64,000 nt of DNA from Carcharhinus amblyrhynchos. Taxonomy: Eukaryota. Within the stretch, counting starts at the first letter, position 1, and every line of letters begins with the position of its first letter. The DNA is taken from the NCBI GenBank assembly GCA_965287045.1, contig CBDIYR020000002.1:248001-312000 (forward strand), written 5' to 3'. Position numbers and translations under genes: made by a program. Positions 11,385 through 24,289 of this stretch are shown in pieces. Under the pieces are notes generated by a model. That model was not told where the DNA came from and did no database searches. It saw nothing but the letters and a program-made list of their open reading frames with translations.

Positions 11385-11900
11385 ACTATAAACTGTTACA
11401 TGTGTTGATGTTTTTTGCTATATTACTCCGCAGGTGTGTCGGTTCATCTTGTTGTCTAACGAGGGGCATGCACACGGTGGGTCGTGCGTGGGCTGCTCTT
11501 GGATGTTTGGAGAGTAGCCCAGTACTTCGCGTCGTTTGTGTATGCTTAAAACTGGACAAGCAGACGGGCACCACGACAGCTCAGTGACTATCACTGTTTG
11601 CTGTGCAGATACATGGATTTGGGCCAGTGTCTGTGGGAGTTTGCACATTCTGCCTGTGGCTGCGTGAGTTTCCTCCGGGTGCTCTGGTTTCCTCCCACAC
11701 CCCAAAGATGTGCTCTTAGTCTGATCGGTGTAACATATTGTCCCGAAATTATGCTCCCCTTAATCTGGTTTCCGATGGGGGTACCAGAAGCATAGACATG
11801 GGTCAAGGGTGGAGGAGGAAAAACACGTAGTTAAGATGGCGGCACGGGGTCGTTGGGCCGAAGGGTCTGTTTCCCGTGCTGTGTTGTTCTTTGTTCTTTA
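11385..11900 (+). mobile_element. 5'-truncated copy (3' UTR only) of the CR1 family seen at 45904-48140; contains a V-SINE-like core
   Basis: Aligns with the reverse complement of 45904-46400 (e.g. aacgaggggcatgcacacggtgggtcgtgcgtgggctgctcttgga); ends in a tgttctttgttcttta tail. Confidence 0.85.
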
Positions 11901-12414
11901 TTTTCTTGAATCAGGCCCCTGTTTATATTAAAATACAGCCTGGTTCTGTTAATACTCTGCTAGACCAGAGCTCAGTTGACATTGCACACGACATTCTCTC
12001 TGGTTATGTAATATTTGATACTCACCATGTATATATTTCACTGTGTCAACTTTGTTCCTGCACTTAACTATGCCTCTCTTTGAATTATGTTTGTTTTACT
12101 CCACGGTTTTGTGAGAAGAAGAGATAATATGTTGGGATAAGAAAGATTGCTATCAGCAAGGTCCAGAAACGGGCAGTATTGGATCACCAGTATTTTATTG
12201 CGCTGTAATTTTGTTTGATTTTTTGTTCTTCATTGACAGTACATGCTACACAGGACTTGATATCCACTTTCACTGCAGCCAGCAGAAGTAGATTTCAGAT
12301 ATCGCTCCTTCTTTTCCAGTGTCCAAAACCTCAGAGTTTGCACTTGCAGAAAGATGCAGAGAATTGTCTTCTCCCAAACACTTTAATCATGACTGGCATT
12401 GACCAGTGCAGCAA

Positions 12415-12730
12415 AAACTGAGACAATTTCCAGTGCAATATAAACGTGGACACGGTCAATTGCAGAAATACGACTGAATCTAGTTTGATACAGAGACAGG
12501 TCTAAATTAATATAAACCAAGACAACGTCTAGTTTAATATAAACAGAAACATGGTGACATACAATATAAGCAGGGACAGCGTCTAATTTAGTACAGACAG
12601 ACAACATAAAATTCTACGTGCAAGATATAAAGAGTTAGGGTCTAGTGGAAAGTAAACAAAGGCTTGGCTCCTCATATAAGCTGACACAGGGTAAATTTAC
12701 TGTAATATAAAGAGACGAGTTGAATCCCCA
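12415..12730 (+). repeat. Decayed ~28-bp tandem repeat (consensus like gtctagtgtaatataaacagagacagg)
   Basis: Recurrent aatataaac/agagaca/gtcta units; similar arrays at 11910-12080 (inverted), 20265-21300 and 29440-29820. Confidence 0.65.
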
Positions 12731-12739
12731 TGAAATTTG

Positions 12740-13310
12740 TACAGACGGCCGACTGTCCCATCGAAATCTTACAGGATAGGAGTAACACGGGGTTAACTGA
12801 AGAATGCAAAGTCCCCTCTGCATTGACAAATTAATAACTCCCAAAGCAGGAATAGCATGAGTCTGATGCAAAGTGAATCTCCCTCTAAACTATCCAATTC
12901 GAACATTCTCAGAACAGTATACTGCCTATAAACAGAGTGAAACTCCGTCTACAAATCTGTTCAAACAAAATTAAGGCAGAAAGAGCATGGACACTCTTTT
13001 ATGTAAAAACTCTCCTGCACTCTTCCTTCAGAGATCCAGGAGGCAGGTTTAAATTAGCGTTAGGTATCGGGGAAAGAGCCGTCTACACAGTTCCACAAAA
13101 CACACCCAGGCCAGGTGCAGCAGAGATTAGATACGGATTAAATCTTCCCTGACAAAGATATATCAAACATTCATAAGCCAGGTGCAATGAGTTTAGACGC
13201 AGAGTAAATATTACTCTACTCTGTCCAGTCACATACGCCAAGGACAGGGACAGCACTGGCTAAATATCGGGAAAGAGTTCACATTGAATCCTTATCACCA
13301 GGTGTAGCCG
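12740..13310 (+). repeat. Decayed ~65-bp satellite-like repeat (caggacaggtacagcacgggttagatacagagtaaa..ccctctacactgtcccatcaaacact)
   Basis: Repeated ccaggtgcag/ttagatac/gagtaaa/ccctct/aaacactc elements. Confidence 0.7.
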
Positions 13311-14229
13311 AGAAGAAAATGTTTCAAGCATTCCAAATTATAGATTTGTCAAGAGATCTTTTAGAATAATTCTCACTCATGGATTCCAATTTATTGAATT
13401 ACATTATTTTAGAAACCTGTAACTGTGGCTGAGAGAACACATTGGGCAGACATTGACTTTATGCTGTGGAGTGAAGACGATGAACTATCGTGGAGAGACA
13501 AGACACAGAACCAGACAGGATATAGACAGAGAAAGGGATGAAGCACAGGAAATTTCCATGAACACATTTGCCGTGTCATTACATTTCGGGTTCACAGGGA
13601 TTATTTCCTAATTCTGAACATAGATATCATCATGATGTTTTTCCTCACATAACTGATGAATAAATAATGTTGAAAAACAACCATAACTGGAATCCGTTGA
13701 TTGATTTGCATGGTTGTCTCTATTTCTGTGCTGTGTTGGTGGGGAAATATTTGTTGTGTTTTTGTCAGTCAACAATCTAATTTGGAGTTTCTATTTTTGT
13801 ATTTATTTACATAAATACCTCACTGTTTGCAATGAAATGTTCATGACAGCAAAACCAGATAAACCGTCACTTGTTGATCAGTTTCAACCAAATTATTTTC
13901 AGAATATTAACAGTTGGTTCAAAATGAATAGAAACTATTTGAACATTCATAACACCAGTTGTATTTAATTAAAAAGAAAATGATACATTCCATTTCAGAA
14001 TTAGTTCTCAAAGTTCTGAAGTTACAATTAAGAAAACATCTGTGAACAGGCTGATATTCCACTGAATGTTAATTTGATTGAGGATTTAATCTGTTTAAAC
14101 TAGACAAATCCAATTTTTTGAAAAAGCTGTTGTCTCAATATTACTGTCACAAATAGTGATCACACTCACACGACAGAAGTATAAAATAAAATCAAATACG
14201 GTTATCACTAAGAGATACAATTATTTTTG

Positions 14230-14700
14230 CTGTCTCACAGGCGACAGGGAAACGGGTTCGATTCCAACCCTGGATGAATGTGAATGGTTTTCACATTCTA
14301 CCCATATTCATGTGAATTCCCTCCGAGTGCTCCAGTTTCCTTCCACAGTCCCAACATGTGCAGATTAGGTGGATTGGCTACGATAAGTTGCCCCTTAGCG
14401 TCTAATGATGTGCAACGTAGGATCACGGAATCCTGACAGTGCAGAAGGTGACCATTCTGTTCATCAAGTCTGCACCAGCTATCTATCAGAGCATGTCTCA
14501 CAAGGTGGATTGTCTGTGTTAAGTTTTCTGTTAGTGTCCAGCGATGTGTAGGTTCGGGGGATTAGCCTGTGAATATGTGACGTTGTCGGGATAGGGTGAA
14601 GGCTGGGCCCAGGTAGGATTCTTCGCTCGAGAGCCGCTGCAGACTTTTTGGACAGAATGGCCTCCATTTGAACTGTAGGGATTCTATGAGTTCATGTTGC
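14230..14700 (+). mobile_element. HE1/V-type tRNA-derived SINE copies (decayed)
   Basis: gggttcgattcc B-box, ttcctccgagtgctccagtttccttccacagtcccaacatgtgc core, CR1-like tail. Confidence 0.75.
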
Positions 14701-15439
14701 TATGATCAGGCAGAAGAATGAATATATCCGCAATAATCTCAGCATTTCCAGAAAATTACAACTTTCATTTTGGTGGAACTTGCATTTATAGAACATTTTA
14801 CCCGAACACATGTCGTCCCAACGTTCTTACAGCTCACTAATGTTCCTTTGCTGAATTTATTCACTGCTATAATGTTGGAAATACAGCAGGTAATGTACGT
14901 GTAACTTGCTCTAACAAACCAAGATATGATAAATGACCATCACAGTTCGATTTTATTTGAAAAATGAGGATTTGTGTCGGATATTGGGCATAACAGCCTT
15001 GCTGTTTGTAGTTATATCAAGAGATTTTGCATCCTGGCATCGACCTTAAATGTGAATCTGCTTCACTCTCTGCTGATGCCCATTGAGCTGCTGAGTAGCG
15101 TTTTTATTGTTTAGATTTCTGGAACCTGCAGCACTTTGTGCTGTTTTCATCGATCCTCTGGATGTGAGCATCACCGACAAAGCCAACATTAATTATCCCT
15201 GCTGAAAACGCGGTTGTGAACCACCTTGCTGAAACTTGCCCTCTCGATGATTTTATTGTTTGACTCTCGATAAAAGCTTTGATACAACTGGGTGGCTTGC
15301 TCGGCAATTTCAGTGGTGGTGAAGGGTCATTTTCCTCACAGTGGAACTGGAGTCTATCTGGGACAGACAGAGTAAAGATAGGAATCTTTGGTTCTCGTGT
15401 TATTTCCAAAGAATGGTGTTGTTTGAAGTATAAAAGTAA

Positions 15440-15660
15440 ATTACTGTGTATTTCTGGAATTGAAATCAAAAGAAAAAAAAATGCTGGAAAATCTCAGCAG
15501 GCCTGGTAATATCTGTAAGGAGAGAAAAGAGCTGACGTTTCCAGTCCAGATGACCTTTTGACAAAGCGTTGATGAAGGGTCATTGGACTCGAAATGTCAG
15601 CTCTTCTCTCTCCTTCCAGATGCTGCCAGACTTGCTGAGATTTTCCAGCGTTTTCTCTTG
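15440..15660. mobile_element. Palindromic (fold-back) Penelope-type end element with hammerhead-like cores
   Basis: atgctggaaaatctcagcagg...agctgacgtttc / gaaatgtcagct...cttgctgagattttccagcgt form an inverted repeat centred near 15567. Confidence 0.75.
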
Positions 15661-15884
15661 ACTTTTTTTACGTGTCTTTGGACGGAGTAAATTGATTCTG
15701 AATCCCTGGGGCGAAGGAATTGTAGGTTGATCCAAAACTGTTGTACGGAAGAAGACACTATAACCATTGTCCAGGGACCTGTGGGACCCAGGCCAAGCTT
15801 TTCTTGAAAGTTTGGGATGAAACTTGTAGCGTTCTCTTGTTCAAAAGAGATTGAAGAACATAATAAATGTATATCACGTTGCAC

Positions 15885-16790
15885 TGTAAATGGACACTAA
15901 AGGGTAACTGAGCATGGCCATTCCAACCACTGTAAGGAAATTTGTACTCAATATGTAAGCATGTTAGTACTTAGAGAATTTGTACTGAATAATTGTGCCT
16001 AAACTGGATATGAAATACGGAAGCAAGGATAGTATTAGAATGTCTTCCTTGAAGTAGAATTAGGATGGGTAGGATGGGTAATCAAGTATAGCTGATTTGT
16101 AACCTAATATAATCAAGTGTAGCAAATGTGATCAAAGCAGGAGGCCCAGAGCAGCAGTATAGCAGTTACTTACTAGCAAATGCAACCAATAGTCCCTTAG
16201 GGGACAATGGACACAACCCATCTGTCCAGCTTGAGATTGACCGTAATAAAAAGAAAGTAATAAAGTGAGCATGTTTTCTTCACATTCGGCCTAAGTCAGC
16301 TAAACCACTATTAGTGTACAAGCAGAGTCGTAAAGATAAAAGCAAGGGATATAACCACCATGGTTTCAAGAAGAAAAGAGAGGAAACAGGGGGTGATCAA
16401 TCTCAAGCAAGACAGATAAAGGGTCAGTGGGTCGTAAAAGCGAGATAAGGATCTTGAGGTATGGAGCTGAAATGTGCTTAAAAAGACTGTAAGCCGATGG
16501 CTCGTTGGAGTGTTCCGGACATCCCGGCTTTATTTCTGTTGTACTGGAAATAAAGTCCATTGCTTGGAGGATTACAACTCAGACTCTCTGTTTCAATCGG
16601 GTTAAATAAGTTGTCGTCTTGGGGAACCACGACACCACCCGGTACATTTTTGGAATGTAGAGGGAAAGCGGTAAACCTGGAGGAAACCCACGCACACACG
16701 GGGTGATTTTTCAAACACCACACAATTACACAAGGCCGAAATGGAACCTGTGTCCGTAACAGTGTGAGGTTCCAGTGCTAACCACTGTGT
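15885..16790 (-). mobile_element. HE1/V-type SINE split by an LTR insertion (pieces ~15885-15930 and 16635-16790)
   Basis: The halves reconstruct the SINE sequence ...tccaaaaatgtaccgggtgg|ttggaatggccatgctcagttaccctttagtgtcca. Confidence 0.75.
15931..16634 (+). mobile_element. Solo LTR (704 bp), TG...CA termini, 4-bp TSD ccac
   Basis: ccac|tgtaagg ... acgaca|ccac; internal AATAAA signals; interrupts a SINE cleanly. Confidence 0.8.
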
Positions 16791-19700
16791 AAATAATTCT
16801 TACTAACTTTAAAAACGACATGAGTAACATATTAAGTATTTACTTGCACTTCCTATGTCTCAGTCACTACCTAAATGGAATGAATTGCCCGGGGCTCCCT
16901 TGAATGTGATGTACAGCTGACCATTCCGCTGCCAGTGCAATGCATCTTTCAAATGACGCACTGAACTTCTCTCCTGTCTTTCTCTGCCTCAGACTGCACC
17001 AAAATCAGATAAATTTTATTCTCTCCCTCAGTCTCCATTAACTCACTTACACGGGTACCCCGGAAACGGATCTGGCTACTCGTTGGAAAAAAAAAGTTTA
17101 TTTTTTTGGTTACGACGTCTTTTGACTAAAAAGATGAAGCACAAAAATCTCAACAGTGGAAAATTCAGTGTCGGAAACAAACCAGTTCATTCGCTTAAAC
17201 CCCTCTCCTCGATTTCTCTCACACAGCACCGAACAGAATTAAACTTTCTATTTTAAAACACCTCGGCGGGAAAGAAATGTTGCTTTAATTTTACCTCTTT
17301 TCTCTCAGTGATAATCTTTAGTCCATTTTCCCTTCAATTAATCTATTTAAACCCCCTAATATGATCATTTCCTTGATTCATTAAAATGGGAATGGGGGTG
17401 ACTGTAATGCTGAGACCGGCAGCAATCTGTGTGACTGTTCTTGATGCTTTCAGAGTGAGTTCACCCTCACAGGCAGGAAGACTGTTCACGGTGATAACAT
17501 CAAACTGGCCCCGGTTGTTTCATTCTCTGGTAACACAACTTCCTGTTTCTCTGTTGCCGGTTCCAAACCGCACATCTCACTTCCGAGCAGAAAATAAATC
17601 CAGAGACCACAATCTGGTGAGAACATCTGTCAGTGCGGCCTATATCTGCCCACAGAGTCAGAGCAGAGTCAGACAGGTCACATTGTGGTGACGTTTACAA
17701 ATAAGACTGATGTGATCTGTTCAGAGTTTCCATTCCCGGACATTATCGGAATGGTCAGTGGATCAGTCACTGAGCTCCCCTGGATTCCGTGAAGGAAGGG
17801 AATGATAGCTGTCATCTTTCCTTGTTTGATCATTTTCTGTCCATCTGTTATTTATTTTTGTTCCTCAGCTTTTATCTGTCAGCACTCTGTTCTTCTTTCT
17901 CCCAAATCTCCTGTTGTCTCTCTCCATTTCCTTGTCAATCTTTTGAACACTTTAATTCGAGTTCAAAATCGTGAAGTTGTGAGTGGGGTAATTAAAGAGA
18001 GAATATTTCTACTCGAAGGACGGTCGGTAACCAATGGGCAAAGATTTATTTTATTGAACAGGGCGTCAGAATTTTAATTGTTCACCTTGACACAGCAGTT
18101 GTTATGAACTTGAATAAAGAGCTTGAAAGGCTGATGGAATCAGATTTCACAGTAACTTTGGAAAATTAATGAGATATATCCTTCATAGAGTTAAAATTTG
18201 AAGGATTTTTCGAGAATAGGTCCATTTTAATGGCCTTTAAGTATCATTGACCAAGCATCGATTCTGTACCCCTCCCCCCCACCCCCCACCCCCCCAACCC
18301 CGCCCGCACCCCCGGCCTTCATTGAGCCTGAATAAAATGCAACATTCATACAGCTTTCATCTTGTGCTACTCTTACCTTGTGACAGCACTTGTGTTTGTG
18401 TGTGCGTGGGGATGGAGTGCTGGGGGGTGGGGAGGGTGGGGGCGGGGAGGTGGACTGTTCCGAAATTCAATTATTCAATTCTACATACAAGCCGTCACTT
18501 TGAACAAATTAGCATTGGATCGAACTTGTTTAGGAAAAGCACATCAATCCTTAACATTTATTGCACTGTTTTTTTTGCCTCCGATGATGCTTTTATATTT
18601 AGTTTTTTCAGTCTTCACGTGTCCTAATTTTGACTGTAACTGCAGGACTATTTGTAAGAATGAGAGGGGCCAGATTATTCACAATTATTCACCATTATTG
18701 CCTCAGATAACAGGAAAATATGGAGTCTCCCATGACTGACTGCCCCCCACCCCACCTTGAGAATAACAGCTCTTAGTCATGTGGAGTCAGTCACTCCTGC
18801 GGTTGCCATAGGGTTTCCAATCCGTGTTTGCCACACAAATCCCTGCGTCACTCGTCATGACAACGACACCCGCGCTAAGGCCCAAGAAATAATTGCTTTT
18901 TTATATCAGGTCCCTGTCTGGCTCCGCGCCCAGCTGTCTCTGTTAATGATACACTGAAGCTAGTCATTCAAATTATAATGTTCTAATTCCCTATGATTAT
19001 TTTTGGAAAGCGTTACCCAATCAGTTGTGAATTAGAACCTGAATCTGATTTCCTTCATTGGACACCTGTCGATTATTATTGAACAAATTACTTTTTTCCA
19101 GAATTATCAATCGCACAAGAAATGTTTATTTAAATATGATATCATGCTCTGTCTCTCTTACTCTAGAGATCCCATACATTGCTTTGCATGACTCTCTTGG
19201 TCAGTTTATGTCATAATTGTGCAAGAATATCTGTCTATATTAGATTCGATTCTGTCTCTGTTGTTACTGCAGAATTTTTAATCATTTATAGGATGTGGGG
19301 AGCACTGACACATGTTGCCCTTCTCTAATTGCCCCTGACAAAGTTGTGATGAACTGCTATCTTGAATCGCTGCAGTCCATGTTCACCCGGCAACATCACC
19401 GTCTATATCACATAAGGTCTGGCCACCCTCATGATACACCTGATCTTGATTCATCGTATTACCGAGATTGTATAACCCATACACAGTAGAAAATATTTGG
19501 GATAGTTACCATGGAATTGATGAAGATAACGGTTAAATAAAAATATTGAACCTTCTCAGGAGAGCAGCAGATGTTTCAATCCTTAGCATTAATAGGAATA
19601 AGAAGTCTGAGAATTAGAGGTATAATTATGTCCTGTCGGCTATATATCCAGGGTCATTTTCACCATCATTTTCACAAATCAGCACGCAATTGAGTCCTAT

Positions 19701-20264
19701 ATCAGGAACTTCCGTGAGGCATTGAGAAGATCAATTTTCATAATCTCCTCGTCATTCAAGATGCGATTTATTCATTTTCCAACAGATCCTTAAAGACAGA
19801 TAAGTCAACGCCGGGAACAAAATAGTGAGGATGAAATCATTTTGTACGCAAGAGCACACAACCGAATGGTTGTCAATAAATACTTACAACTTAAATGACC
19901 TTCAGTTGAAGCACATGAACTGTTTGGTGTTTTCATGCACTCATGGAAGGCAGTGATGGGCTGAAGGTTCTCACTGGGAAAACTGAAGGGGAATTGCTAA
20001 AAGAGATCATTTCTCCAAAGGGGGTTATTAGAAAATACAATATATAAAATACACAAGCACACAAATGTCTATGATATTTCTTAGGCATAGAACCGTAGAA
20101 TTCCTACAGTTCAGAAGAAAGGCCATCTGGCCCACCGAGTCTGCGTCCTACCCCAGGTCCTCCCCTCTGCCCAGCTGCGTTAGCCCCACACATTTACCAT
20201 GGCTATTCCACATACTCTTAAGGGAAAATAACGGGCAATTTTGCGTGGCCAATCCAACTAATGC

Positions 20265-21300
20265 TATCTGTTGTAATATAAACGAGGGATGGGTTTTGTG
20301 CAGTAATACAGAGATAGAGCCGAATGCACCAGGTATCGATACAGCAACTGTACTAGTAAGAATACAGACTGGGCCCAGTTCAGTCATTACTGAGAGAGTG
20401 TATACAGTATATTACTAACCAGCGTGGTGTTTTTTCATCTAAATAGAGACATGACATGTTCAGTTTTGACAAAGACAAGGTCTATTCTAATATAAGCAGG
20501 GTCAATGTGCGCTGTAATTTAAACTGAGACTGGTTCCAGCGTATCAGCGCTAACAGAAAATAGAGACATGATCTAGTGTGATATAAACAGAGATGTGACC
20601 CAGTGGAATAAAAAGTGAGGCAATGCAGAATAAAGCAATGGTTGAAAAAGGTTAATGTGTAAAATGAGCAGAGGGATGGTTTGGCTCACTGATAAAGGAG
20701 AGAGCAGCTGGCGCAATAGAACTGTCTCCCAGTGTAATTTTGTCTGATTCTGGACATTGTATAATATAAACTGAGACAAAGCCGATGCAGTAATTTCAAA
20801 CCAAACCTTTAGATTGATATAAACTTTGACAGGGGCAATTGCAGAAATAAACAAATCATGAAACAGAATAATAATTAGAGACAGAATATTATTCGGGATA
20901 AACAGGGAGGTGGACTAGTGCAGCAGTGATTGAGATATTGTCAATGTTTCTTTATATGTGGCAGGTTTCAGCAATGTAATAAGTGAGACGGAGCCTCGTG
21001 GAATGCAAACAGTAACATATCCTGGTGCATTATCAGGAGAGAGAGGATCCAGTGAAGTAACAACGGAGATATAGAGTTTCATGACATTAGACGAGGATTA
21101 ATTCCGTGCTGTCATAACTGCCAGAATGAACGGTGTAATGTCAAATAAGGCTTGGTGCAGTATAGCAACAACTGGGATTTTGTTGAGTACAAAATCAGCT
21201 GAGAACTATTATTATATAATCAGAAAAATGATTTCGTGTCAGAGAAACTGGTTCACGTTTAGGATGGACAAAGACTGAGTTTATTACAGAAATAACTGAG
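20265..21300 (+). repeat. Decayed ~28-bp tandem repeat array
   Basis: Units like gatctagtgtgatataaacagaga and gtctattctaatataagcaggg. Confidence 0.6.
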
Positions 21301-22289
21301 ATGATCATCTGTATCGTGTCGTGCCAAAAAGCACAGTTTCACTGCCATCTCCTGGACTATCTTTGCTATTGCAGGTGTTGTGAAATGCTGATTTCAGTTG
21401 CTGTTTCTTATTCTTTGATGGGCTGTATACCCTGCTGGTAAGGCCAGCATATATTGGCAATCGCTAATACACTGAATTTACTGGTTTTCTCGACCATCAA
21501 AGAAGGTACATAATCGCCAAACACGTGTGCGCCTGGAGTCAACTCTGGGCCAAACTGGTGAATGATGGAAGGTTTCCTTTTCTGCAGGGCATTAGATAAT
21601 CTGATATATTTCTTGTCATGGCCGCAATTACAGAAACGAATTTCAAATTCAAAATTGTAATTGCATTTTAAAGCCTTTTGTAAGTGGATTTGAATATATA
21701 TATATAGAGAAATTTGCCTACCCTCGGAATTACTCTCTCAGAAATATTACCACTATGACACTGTCTCCCTTTCAACATTGACAAAGTACTTACAGCAGCG
21801 AAGAAGGCATTTTGAAGCTTCATGTGTGTGTTGGCCCTTTAAAGGGGCAATTCATCCAATAACACTCTGTACCCCACAGTCTAGCATTTTGTTCATTTTC
21901 AGACCATATGCAATTCCATTTTGAAACCATTAATTGGCTCTGCCTGCACCACACTCTCAAACAGCACATTCCAGATCTGGATCACTCACTGTCTGACAAT
22001 GTTTCTCGTGATGTCTCCATGTTTCTTCCACCAATTTACTTCAACCCGCGCCCTCTGTGTCAAGATCCTTCTGCCACTGAACAAGACTGTGGTGCAGCAC
22101 AGTATCACATGACTTTTGAACGTCCATTTAGAGAAATATCCTCACAAACAATCTCTGTCACACAGCATAAAACTCAAACAAGTTATTTAAACTGGATTTG
22201 ACCTGAACAAATACACTCGGGCTGAATGGGTCAAGAAACATTTAATTGGGATGATTCCTGCAGTGATGAAGAGACTGAAGATATAAATG

Positions 22290-22595
22290 TTAAATGTGCT
22301 GACACACAAAGATAGATCGGAAATTTTGGCATTAGCGAGGGCATTGGACATATCTCGAATATTGTGCACACTGCTTGCCTCCTTTTCTTAAGAAAGATGT
22401 TGATGCGTTAGGAAAAGTTCAGAGGAGTTTCATTGAACTATTGCCAGATATGAGCGGGTTATCTTACGAGGAAAGGGTGGTGATGTCAGGTTTGTGCCCA
22501 CGAGAATTCAGAAGAGTAAGAGGCAAATTGACTGAAACCTTCAAAACTCTAAGAGGTGCTAACAGTGTGGATGTTGAGAGGAAGTTTCCTCTTGT
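22290..22595 (+). mobile_element. CR1 ORF2 3' fragment (decayed)
   Basis: KKDVDALGKVQRSF..LSYEER..RRVRGKLTETFK. Confidence 0.85.
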
Positions 22596-23684
22596 CCAGT
22601 CTTGTGCCTGTATTGGATGTGTCTCTGAGTGCAGATATCTCGGGTCTTGGTTTTGCGTCTGTTTCCACTGTTGCACTGTCCACGGGAGGGCGCTCTCTGA
22701 TCACTAACCGAACATCATGGCCTCCTTTTGCACAAAGTGACAATTTGCCGATATGAAAATGGGCGGAGAATAAAAATCCCATCGAATGACATTGCACCTT
22801 CCCGGTTCTTTGATTCAACCTTTAACTTCAATACATTTATTTGACACGAAATGCCCTCATTCTGGACTGAATATCATTGAAATAGACAGCATTGAATTGC
22901 AAGCATGACTAACCAACAAAAGAAAGCGAATCACTGGGAAATACACATCCCATGGTACTTATTTTGAAATTGACCACAGTCAGCTTTCAAACAAAAGCAA
23001 ATAACTTTCAAGGGATATTGATCATCACTGAATTGAAAACACAACTGACCAACAGAACGAATCAGATCTCCGGGTAATACAGATCACAATTTTCAGATTG
23101 GCTGTCGTCAGCTTTTACACAAAGTCAACTATATTTAAATGGAGGGGAATCAAGAACTCTCTGTTGTTCACACTTGAGCTTTTTTCACTATGGGTGTGAA
23201 ACATTCAGGCGCATAAAATCCGGCCCTTTACAGGAAAGTCCAGTAGATCCGAACTGAGCATCGATTCCCTCATCTGTCTGAGTGGCTTTTCCTGTTTCTT
23301 AATGACGAAAAGCCATTAAAAAGATTCTTCTGTGAAATGTCCGCCATTTCCACTAGTTCACTTACAGTATCACTTGTATCTGTCTTTTTGAGCACACAGT
23401 ACTATCAGATATTTCAGATGGTGATTAACCATATGAGTCTGCACCTAGAAACCCACTAAATTCTGTTGCAGCCTGAACAGGATGGGAATAAGTGTTCGGT
23501 GTCAAAATCGAACTTTCCTGTCAGTGCGTCAAAAAGGAGTTTATTATTTTCCAGCAGACATTTGAGAGTGATATCAGAGCAATGAAAACATGCCTTTAAC
23601 ATCGAGGTTCGGATAATGTTGAACAACAAACTCAAATCAAGGAATGCTCCATAGCAGACGTCAGAAAGCTAAAATTTGACGAAA

Positions 23685-23746
23685 TGTTTCTACCCGGGGA
23701 CCTTTCGCGTGTTAAGCGAATGTGATAACCACTACACTACAGAAAC
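23685..23746 (-). pseudogene. tRNA-Val(AAC) pseudogene lacking the T-loop/B box
   Basis: gtttctgtagtgtagtggttatcacattcgcttaacacgcgaaaggtccccgggtagaaaca; 11 nt deleted between ccgg repeats. Confidence 0.85.
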
Positions 23747-24289
23747 AACTAGAAGCTCAGCATAGCGAATCTGCCTGTCTGCAATGTTCAACTGCGCTGT
23801 GTTGCTGCAGGTTCCGATGGTTCGACTGAGAGCCCATGTCACTGAATTCAGGAAGATAACCGTTACTTTCAATCTGACTGTACAACTTATCCCGAACAGC
23901 AAAATTTAAAAGTGTCAGTCTCGAAAATATCTAAGGGAGCAATGATTTCTGCCCATTTATTAATGCGTCATTTTCATCTTCTTTCAAATAATCTCAATCA
24001 ATTGTACTCAGTGATAAACGCAAATTACTCGGTTCCTGGAATCGGAAACGAAAAGGGAAAATTCTGGCAAGTCTCACAAGGACTGGCAGCAACTATAAGG
24101 AGTGAAAGGGGCTGACATTTCGAGTCCAGATGACATCTTGTCAACGCTCATTGTACAATTGTACTCTGTATATGTTTCAATATTTAGTTTCAGGGCACTC
24201 TGGGGAAATTCCCTTCCTGCACATGCGCCCAGGCAGTTATCTTTTACTCTTTTAATATGTTGAATCTTGATGATTATCATTCACATCCT

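Noticed and set aside
12415-13310. CRISPR-like repeat-spacer array
   Set aside because: Vertebrate DNA; units are degenerate, contiguous tandem repeats without unique spacers or cas genes
13704-13711. Octamer ATTTGCAT (also at ~41338 and ~48408)
   Set aside because: Isolated, far from the V promoters and at chance frequency
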